A stretch of DNA of 64,000 nucleotides from the NCBI GenBank assembly GCA_053919585.1, contig CM132784.1, one strand, 5' to 3'. A model generated the notes under the pieces. It was given only the letters and a program-made list of their open reading frames with translations. It did no database searches and had not been told where the DNA came from. Position 1 is the first letter of the stretch, and each line of letters begins with the position of its first letter. This DNA is from Euprymna scolopes. Its lineage: Eukaryota. Position numbers and translations under genes: made by a program. Below are positions 54,193 to 64,000 of this stretch, piece by piece.

Positions 54193-55306
54193 TGTAAGCA
54201 TGGTTATAAGTAAGAAAATAAAACAACGTTTTAATTAAGCGGGGGGGGGGGTAAAACACAAAAAAATAACGTAAGGCAAACGAACGATTAAAACAGAAAA
54301 ACGAACCCACGTTACGTGAAAAATGGCTTAAATAATACAGGGTTCAATATTTAAATTTAAAAAATCGAAAAAAAACATCTCACACCACGATTTGAACCAA
54401 AAGCGTTTAGATAATGAACCAAGGCTTTAACCACCTTCGCTAAAGCGGCGTATATAAAGTTTGTTCGGTTTATCAATTATTTAAAGTAAATAAGGTCACG
54501 ACGTCAGGACGTCATCTGACGCATGCGTTGTTGACCCTCCCCCCTGTCGATTTCGGATCTCTCTCTCTCTCTCTGTTTGCGTCTCTCTTACTCTCTCTCT
54601 CTCTGTTTGCGTCTCTCTCTCACTCACTCTCTCTCTCTCTCTCTCTCACACACTTCGTCTTCCTTACTCTAAAGACTGGAAAATGGCGTCTAGCTGTTTT
54701 TATATTTAAAAACTTCGTTCGTTAATATTTTTTGTACGCGTATTTTTTTTTTACTTCACATGTTTGGCTTATTATTTTTCGTTTAACTATCGTATCTACC
54801 TATTTTGAATGTGGTAATAACTTTGGTTACGTTGCCATAGCGTAGATGTTCATAGTTAAGCTTTAATTATTTTTTTTTACCGATAACAACATTTTTAAAT
54901 TGTAAATTCAGACCGCCATTAGAGGTTGCTGACGTCAAGATCACGTTACATGACTCAGCGGGTTTTAAATACAAGTTGACCCAAAATAAATGCCCGCGTG
55001 TATACTTTATGTAGAAAGCTTGGCGGCTGTATTTTTGGGGGCAGTTATAAATCGATTTAAAAATATGTAATGTTTAACATTAAAATGTCACTATTTTGGC
55101 CCCCCTACAGAAAATCGATTAGTTGACGCATTTCTAATGGTCACTTTGGGCCAATTTTTCGATATTTGTCGTCCAGAAGATGGGGCTTTAATATGAGACC
55201 AAGTTTGTGAATTTTTGTCGTGTCTGTCGACAGTTTTTAGCAGACACACAAACATACATTCATACATACACACAAACATACACACATTTTCGTTTATATA
55301 TATAGA
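53996..55306 (-). mobile_element. Non-autonomous Helitron, intact ends
   Basis: A|CTAGCGAGGGGTACCCGGCGTTGCCCGGG ... (CATA)n...TTTATATATATAGA|T. Carries (GAC)n, (CT)n and a tRNA-like segment. Confidence 0.85.
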
Positions 55307-56384
55307 TTATGTTTAGATCATTGTAATAGTGTTTTTAAATCATTGAACTCGTGTTTACACGTTTCAGACGTTATGTGAAGCGTCTTCGTCACAAATTATT
55401 TTCAAATGTGTTGGAGATGTAAAAATAGCATTTTCGTAGTTTATTTGAAGTGTTTCCAAGGGGTGGAAACGTATAAGTGTCTACTATTCATAGGACTGAT
55501 CAATTTTTATTACTCTTTTATTGGGCTGTGGCAGGCCGCCGACTTCGGCTGTGGCCACTCTTGTGTTGTGTTTCTCTCTCTCACTCTCTCTTTCTACTTG
55601 TGTTTTTTTCTTTTTCCCCCCCTTTAGGGTAGTATGTGTGTGTGTGTTTTCTTTTATTGGTTTGAGAATGCGTGTACTGCTTTATAGTATTATGAGGTCA
55701 TTTGCTTCCCTAGGTAGGTGACTATGATCCAAGGTTGTTACGAATTTGTATGCGTGAGGAGGGGGGGCCAGCTCTTCTGAAATTAAGGTAGGGTTGATTT
55801 AATTCTATTTTGATATTTATTTTTTGGATTCTTGGATTTTAGTATTGTGATTTTCTGTTTCAGTCTTTTCGGGTATCCTTTAAATTATGTTTGTTTAGAT
55901 AGAGTAGTATTTAAAAAATATGTATAGGGGATTTTTTAATGTTTATATTTATTTGACTTCCAATGTGGGTATGGCAAGACCCAGGATCGGTTCCTAGTGT
56001 GGGGAAGATCTTGTTACCCAGAGGGGGGCAATTGGAGGGGTATAGGTATTGGAGGGGGATTATAGAAGGGATGATAGTTGTCTCAGTCATGAGAGATTTC
56101 TCCTCCACTGACTGAAGGGGGAGCGAGGTGTTGGAACAGATATTATATTATGGTTCTAGGTGTTTCCTAGTGTTGTTGGTTTCGAGGTTAAGTAGGGTTG
56201 GTTTGTCTTGTCATTTATGTTCTTTTTGACATTTGAATGGTTTTATAAATTAAAATTTCCTGTGAATTTGTAATTCGTGCTCAATCGGTGAACTAATGGA
56301 TTACATTTATTTACAGAATACTGTATAAGCGATGGGTGGATGTCTATATGAATGGGCATTTGATGAAGACGTTTACGAGTACCG

Positions 56385-56500
56385 AATAAATGGGTCCGAG
56401 GTTAGAACCGTTGAGTATTAACAACACAGTTGTACGTTCAATTCCTGGCTGAAGATGGGCGCACTGATGAGCTGTAATACAGCGAATAATACCGTATGCA
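56385..56500 (+). mobile_element. Degenerate copy of the tRNA-head plus hammerhead element at 2202
   Basis: GTTCAATTCCTGGCT...GCA CTGATGA GCTGT-AAT-ACAGC GAATAATACCGTA TGC. Confidence 0.7.
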
Positions 56501-56633
56501 TATTACTTATAATAATAATGTGCTCGATTGCGTATGTGAGGTTTTACTCTGTTTACTTTGCGTTGTTTTGCCTTTTCAAAGTCGCTAATGAATTGCATTG
56601 ATTCCATTCATGTATATATGCTTGAAGTAAATG

Positions 56634-56697
<64 letters not shown>

Positions 56698-56976
56698 ACG
56701 AAGGCGAAATGTATTTAAACTTCAAAAATATGTTTAAGCAATACATAAACTATACTCGTTAACAGTTATTTTATTACATACACATAACCAAGACATAAAG
56801 TTTTCAAGTTCCGGAGACTTGGTATTTACTGACCATTCTCGTTTGGTTAAATACTGATTGTAAATGAATTCGAATACATGTGCATCTTCTTTTGTCAGTG
56901 ACTAACTCATTAAATATATATTATAAGAAAGACATATAGTTTCTCAGTTTATTGTTTGTAAAGAAATGATCCAAAA

Positions 56977-57961
56977 CTAGCAGGAATCGTAAACCAGCGT
57001 TGCTCGGTGGTAGTATGCCCGCCCCCGCCGCGTAAAATACAACGAAAAAAATAGTTTTTTAAAGGAATATTATTCTTAGCCAGTTAATTATCCAAGTATG
57101 ATTATATTAAGATTTGAAACTATCAAACTAATAGTATAAATAATATGAATAGTTTATATATTGAAACAAAAGATACCAATTACAATTTTATTTTTTTACA
57201 ACTGAAACTAAAATTGTATTACTTTTCTGAAATAATTATTTTTTGATATAATTAGGTTCGTAACTATTTGCGTTTAAAATTATTTTTTAATATTTAAACT
57301 ACACACAAGAATGATTCAGTATATATACATAAAGACAATTTACAACAGTATGTTGTCTTTTAACCTATTTGTGTTAGCAATAGAAACAAAACATTTAATA
57401 TTAGTTAATTCTCTTGTGAGCCCACAGAAGAAATTTAAAACACCCTAAAAAACTTGATAAAAATGAACATAGCATTGAGTAGTGGTGGAAAAAATAACCG
57501 CAGTACCCAGCTAAAACTCGTAACACTAGGAGGAAAAGTAGTTGAAGAAAAATTAAACACGCTAGTCGCCCTGGCCACGTAGAAGGTCTGACCTTAGTAG
57601 CGTTAAAAATAACGCCTGTTGGTATGCATGTAGTAGAAAGAGTACACTGCTGACAACGACGGCCATCTCGCTTTCTCTCTCTCTCTGTCTCTCTTTTTCT
57701 CTTCTGATTTTATAGACAGGCAATTGCCTCAAGCCAGGATCGAAACCTGACCACCCAAATGACAGTCAAGGCTTATCACCATAACGTTATGCGGCTGCTG
57801 CTGGGTGGATAATGAATTTAACGACGTTTAGTTTTGACATCGTGCCAATGCCTCCGCTCGATTTGTTCACACAAAGAGCGTCGCTTTATACGCTAATGGT
57901 AGTTTGTATATCACTTACTGAAATGCTCAAACCAAGATAGGGAGAATTACACACACACACA

Positions 57962-58040
<79 letters not shown>

Positions 58041-58651
58041 TCCTTCATAGCCTCTCGCTTCCTAGTCTGTAAAAAAAATTAAGTGTACTCCAACATAATA
58101 TAGTAAACGGAGTATTATATTTAGGAAATGAAGGGAAAAAAATTAATCGGTTAATTTTAGATTAAAATGATAGCGGCCATGTTTTTTTATGGTTAGCGTG
58201 TTCGCTTATTAACGGAGATGTGCATTCCGAAATAAGCGAATTTTTAACTCGCAGGCAATGAGAATAGCCGAAACTGATTGAAGGATATATTATTATTTTT
58301 TTTTAACTGGAAAAGGAAAGGTAATGGTTTGAGTATGAGTTTATTGGTCAGTTACGAAGATAGACAGAGATATATATGTATAATGTGTATCATATTTCCA
58401 GTGTAGAATAGGGCGGTATTAGGATTTTAGATTTAAAGCGGAAAATGCTAACTACTTCCTATAAAGAATTTGGCGATCGTGATTATGTTTTTCCTAGGAT
58501 GAAAGATAGGATTTTATTATTACGAACAAATGTGCCTAAAACGGCGTCCTAAGGTGACATAATAGTTCATTCATAATAAATGGGTATGTGACATTTGTTT
58601 GCGCAAACCTACCGTAATTTAGTTAATTTCTGCAATCATATATTATATAAA
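56977..58651 (-). mobile_element. Non-autonomous Helitron
   Basis: A|CTAGCAGGA...CCAGCGTTGCTCGG. Homologous to 36467-38452. Confidence 0.6.
57713..57795 (-). mobile_element. tRNA-Asp-like SINE head, same as 2202-2284, without the hammerhead
   Basis: Minus strand ...CTTGACTGTCATTTGGGTGGTCAGGTTTCGATCCTGGCTTGAGGCAATTGCCTGTCTA. Confidence 0.75.
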
Positions 58652-59058
58652 TCTCACTTGCCTGTATAAATGTATGTATGTATGTATGTATGTATGTATG
58701 TATGTTTGCTTGTATTTCTGCAGTAAATTTTCGACAGGGGCGATAGATTTTCACGAGATCGGAATCGTTTTTAAGCTCGACTTTTCGGACGACAAATATC
58801 GAAAAACTAATGAAATCGTCAATTCCTTCACTCTCAAGTGGGTGGATTTTTACAAGGGGAGTCGCTTTTTTCGCTGATATTGTTGGAAGTCATTCCCCTC
58901 TTTCTGATCAACTAGCCACTTCACGTTTGGCGATGGACGCAATGGCAAAGACGTTACGTTTTGTTCACGTTCTTTTCCTCCTTCTCTTTCCTACTACCAC
59001 TTTTGCATTGCTCAACACACATCTTCATCACCCGGGCAACGCCAGGTATCCAGAGTAG
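58652..59058 (+). mobile_element. Non-autonomous Helitron
   Basis: A|TC start, (TATG)n, 3' CCCGGGCAACGCCAGG hairpin, then GTAG|T. Confidence 0.7.
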
Positions 59059-59795
59059 TTTTATTATGTAGTAGATAACAAATATTTTCCTTATGCAATC
59101 TGATGTATATTTGACCACGAAATTTGATATTTGTGTATTCAATATCCCAACCATATTACAATGTTTACATTTAAACTGAATTACGTTGATGTAGCTCATT
59201 ATTATATTTATATATGTTGACATAATGATAGAAATATGACTTCATATAATGATTACATAAAATAATGTGAATTTTCATGAACAAATAAGGGTTCAACATC
59301 TTATACAACACTTCAACGCCTGGTATTGATATCATGAAAATCCTATGCAAAAAATTAATTGACAATGTTCGAAATAGATGACCTTACCTCGTTTAAGCTT
59401 TTGTACTAATACACAAGTCAATCAACTCAGAAACGAACAATAAATATTCCTCATGTCGCATTAAGTTTGAATTCCTAGAATCGCAATGCATTTTACAGAT
59501 TTACAGATTGAGATAGTGCATTATTAAGAACTGTTTGATCTTTAGATTGTAGCGATTTGAACACCGTAAAGAAGTTGTTAGCGATGCTGAAGATTTTGTA
59601 TTAACTACAAAGCAGCATCATTACATTATTATTTAATTTTGCTAGTAACTTTTTTATAAGCATAAATCTGTTTTTAAACATATTAGGCACTCTGCATATA
59701 TATATAGATATAGGTATGGTAACATAAACTAAATATGTGTATGCATATTGGCTTATGTTATTTTGAGATATTTCTACTTACGTAACAACTGACTC

Positions 59796-59852
<57 letters not shown>

Positions 59853-60944
59853 CAGCATCTATATTTCTGATTTTATGCTAACAGGAAACATTTACGCTTC
59901 TATGTCATTTAATTTTCATAGATATATTTTCACACTACTACTTTTACTAAGACATAATTACGCACTTAATACAGTTTAAATAAATACTAGTAGATTATGC
60001 GCAATCTAGCATATTGTAAAATTATTTGAAATAATATCTATTTATCNNNNNNNNNNNNNNNNNNNNNNNNNNNNNNNNNNNNNNNNNNNNNNNNNNNNNN
60101 NNNNNNNNNNNNNNNNNNNNNNNNNNNNNNNNNNNNNNNNNNNNNNNNNNNNNNNNNNNNNNNNNNNNNNNNNNNNNNNNNNNNNNNNNNNNAAAAGTAA
60201 AAAAGCGATGCAATGATACCTAACACAAAGGACCAGTGCTATAAATACCATTCCTTTGACGTTGCTGCCAAATCTTAGAAACTTGACCTGGAGCCACCTC
60301 TTAGCGAATTTTTCAAGATAAGGAAAGTCAACGTGGTGTCTGGCGTGCGCCAACTGGATGGAGAAGTGTGGCCTAAGAGTTGCATAGGATTACAGTAACA
60401 CAGAAAATAAAAAGAAAAAAGTAGCAACAGAAAAAATAAAAACACAGAATGGCAGGACCAAGTAACTCTAAGAGGACGCAGCAGATTAAAGTGAAATTAA
60501 AAGAAAAAATGTAAGACCGAACGAAAGGGAGGGAGAGGCGGGTCTTTACAGCAAGCGCGCCTGTCGCCGTCTCAGCCATTAACTCGTGCGGCTCGGCTGG
60601 AAGGAAGGGTACCATCTGGTGCACACGCCTCTGCCAATGCAAACGCGAAAAGACATGACGGCACGTACACCAATTACACACATACGTACACACAAAGAGA
60701 TGTACTTACACACGAGAAAATACGAATATTTTATCCAAGCCCTTAGACTGACATTTCTAATAAGGCAATAAACTGTTGCCACTTAGCATAAAGAATTATC
60801 CTTGTTAAAAGAATAAAGAACACACGGTAGTTGTAAATCTTATGAATTCACTTACTTCCTGGGTGAGAACAATAAGAAGCAGCCGTTTAGCTTCTGAAAA
60901 AAAAACTGACTATTACTCTAGAAGTTTCCTAAACAGAGAAACTA

Positions 60945-61795
60945 TGAAGAAAAGGTGTCTGGTTAATTTTGATACATCATAAACCAAGCTTCTATTTTCC
61001 ATCATAATCGCTCTTACACCAACGGGACCTCAATCGACATGATTAGCTCTCGTCATGGGAGAGCACCATGTCTTGAAAAGCTTCCGGGGCTAATATTCAT
61101 TCTTAGTCTGAAATGGAACATATACATCAAATCTCTTGCAAAGATCGCTGGAAAAATCGTTGGAAGATTTTACCTCTCCAGCCTGTCTATCACTGCCGAT
61201 GCAATACTTTATCTCTATAAAAATGTTCCAAAAATGTTCTAAAATAGAGTAATGTTACCACATGTTAACAAGAGCTGCTGAGTACGCTCTGTCCTGCCTT
61301 GATAGAATTCTAAACCGGCTTAGAAATCTAGTAGGTGATGACTTTTTCTCTTCCCTGCTAATTCTTTCCCACAGAAGAGAGGCTGCAAGCTGGGCTCTGC
61401 TCTGTCGTTATTTTCCAGGCAAGTGCCCGACTATGCTCGAGGCTATGGTCCCTCCTTATCAAACTTTCACAAAAAACACTCGAATAGTCATATCTTCTAT
61501 ATACGATTTCTCCCTACTCATTGTCTGTGCAAAAATGTGAACTCAGATACCATGAACAAAACATTTTTCCTAGAACTACCAGTCTGTGGAACATTGTTCC
61601 GCTGGCCTGCTTACCAGCCGATTACAGTATAGTAGCTTTCAATTCTAATGTAAATAAGTTCTTGTTGACACATCTTAAATAATCAAATTCTACCAAATTA
61701 GACCATTAATGATTACTACATTACCACTTTAGATTAATTAACTCTTATTCTCGAGTGGCATTCGGACCTTGATAAGTGGTGACACACGTACAAAA
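60945..61795 (+). mobile_element. Degenerate LINE subfamily A 3' fragment
   Basis: LKWNIYIKSLAK, LSHRREAAS and the family tail. Confidence 0.9.
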
Positions 61796-62879
61796 CAATT
61801 GGTAGAACACCTCTATTCCCACTTTTAATTAATCGGCTGTTTGTTTCCAATATTAAGGAACATTTCAGGACGACTGGAAACAATATCGGAATAATAGAGA
61901 ACACACATTTTGTACTGACAGCACTCGTAGTCGCTTTTCGTCGATATTGTAAGGGGAAGTAGTTTGTCAATGTAATTATGCTACGGTTTAAGAGTGTAAT
62001 AAGAAACAACTCGAAAATACTTTACAAGGATAACTTACAAAACATATTTCAGTATGACCATGGGTATGGTTTATGTGATGGAACATTGGAAATCTCAGAT
62101 CCCAATAGGTTAGATAACGAAACGAGAAATATGTATGAACGAAAGTCAATGATCAACTGGGGAAGATAGTTAATAAAACGCGAATGAAGTCTGGTCGAAA
62201 AAAATACACTGATGAATAATATAAATGTTACGCTTAATTATTGTATGGACACTCAACAACAGCGCTTTGTATACGATTAGAAGATAACTAGATTTTAATC
62301 AGCAGGGAAGTAGCCATGCCATAATGTGAATTTTCTGGCCTATCGAAATTTTGCCTGACGTAAATCACATGAATGGAGATTTTATTTTAACTGTGGTTGC
62401 AAGATTTTTTTCTCAACAAAAGGAGTCAAAATCTGGAGTCCAGATGAGCATCGTACATGAAAATAACGACAGCGCAATTATTTTCACAGGAAAGGAATAA
62501 TAGAGAAAATATCACCTCCCACTAGATTTCTTTATCGGTGTTGTACTCTCTCAAAGCAAAAATGATTGCTTCATGTGGCACCTCCAAAATTCTGCCGACA
62601 ATATACTATTTTTGACGCATCTGACTTTTATATAAGTACATGATTTTATGTGGAATCAGATACTTTTGAAACGGGAAGTTAATCAAAACATTTTCAACTG
62701 CCATAAGCAACATAACGAATATTCATATTCCAGAGATAACGTTAGTCACAAGAGGTTATTACCAAACAGAGGTTTCTTCAAGGAGAAAGACATTCATTTC
62801 GTTTTTTTTTTTGTTAAAAAAGCATCAATAGCGAATAGGGTATAGTATTACTAAAATGTTTTAAGAAAATTTTCTTTTT

Positions 62880-63420
62880 GAATATAAAAGTATCATGAGA
62901 AAATAGTAACAGAGATTCGGGCGTTTGTGATGAAAAGAGAGAATCTTAGTTTTGGAAATGTTAAAAGGACCTTTTTCCTACTGCATCGTATGTTCTCTGT
63001 CTGAAGAGAGGGGCGGCAGAGAGATTTGGTTCTCCAGTGCTATTGTACATAGAGGCATAGTCATTTATTTCCTCTATGTAGATGTCAAAGACTAATGTTG
63101 AGATATGATTTGATGCATTATTGATGTAGAAGAGTGTTCGATCCAGAGTAGATCATTAAGGATTTGGCAGTGATGTTATTTGCTTATGACGTCTTCTTAT
63201 TTTTAGAAACGTATCCAACGTGAAAGATTCTGTGAAAGACATAACCAGATATAGAACAGTTAACCAGTTTATTAGACTGCTACTATCGATGTTTTACTAT
63301 GCATGAATCTAATTAAACTCTGAACTTAAAATGATACACGATGGTGTTGGTAAAGTGTTTCTGAGAGAGCAAAATACAAACTTGCTTTAATAAGCCTACT
63401 ACTAGTCCTAATTGTCAGTG
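62880..63420 (-). mobile_element. Highly degenerate LINE subfamily A RT fragment
   Basis: STLDRTLF-YINNASNHISTLVFDIY resembles SILGPTLFLIYINDLPNHILTSFVDIY; also FNISKTKILSFHH. Confidence 0.6.
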
Positions 63421-64000
63421 TAAATATCTCTCTCTAAAAACCACTTAACCTTGTCACGAAACTTGGCTTATGGTACTTCCTACCCAGAAAGGGTATGTTA
63501 GATTAAAGATTTAAATAAAAAAGTTCGTATGTTTTTCAAGCGTTTTCTTGCTAAAGAGTGAGTCGCCATTTCCCTGTTATGTGAAGTGGATACGTTAATC
63601 CGAATTCTAAACGAATTGTTCTGTTGCACAAGATTTTCTATATATAATTGTTCCAAACAACGTATAATCTCATTTTGTTAAGAGTAGGGAATGATTCCGC
63701 TGGCCCTCTCAATAGGGAAAATACAAAAAAAATGTTCTTACATTAGATTTTTTTTAATAGATTATTTTACTTAATTTGCGTTTTGTGAAAATGTTTTGAA
63801 TTCTAGATAAAACTTTAAAGGCAATATAAAAAGTTTTCATGTTCACATAACGATTTCTTATATTTACAAAACAATTGTTCCTGCAGACATATCAATATTA
63901 TACTGTACACTTATCGCTATCCATGGCTATTAATATTTTAGCTAGACCATGAACGAGCTATCAAGCACTTATTTGCTGATATTTGTGCATTTATTTGGAA

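Overview
AT-rich eukaryotic (invertebrate-like) non-coding DNA from a draft assembly with six N gaps. No host protein-coding gene can be supported. Nearly all ORFs in the track are microsatellite, low-complexity or gap artefacts, or pieces of transposons. The window is a dense collection of decayed transposons: about 11 copies of two related CR1/L2-group LINE subfamilies (one with a nearly intact RT), R4/Dong-like REL retrotransposon pieces next to (TAA)n, an RTE-like 5' end, three decayed Tc1/mariner elements, about 9 non-autonomous Helitrons, a Merlin-type element with an 8-bp TSD, MITEs, 5S- and tRNA-derived heads and satellites. The most interesting signal is RNA structure. Two unrelated short element families place a tRNA-derived Pol III head directly upstream of a type I hammerhead ribozyme, next to (TA)n tracts (2202-2330 with 56385-56500; 40554-41094 with three hammerhead copies). 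There are further Penelope-style minimal hammerheads and an HDV-like ribozyme fold in the RTE 5' UTR (23681-23758, minus). All structures and alignments were read by eye and need computational confirmation.
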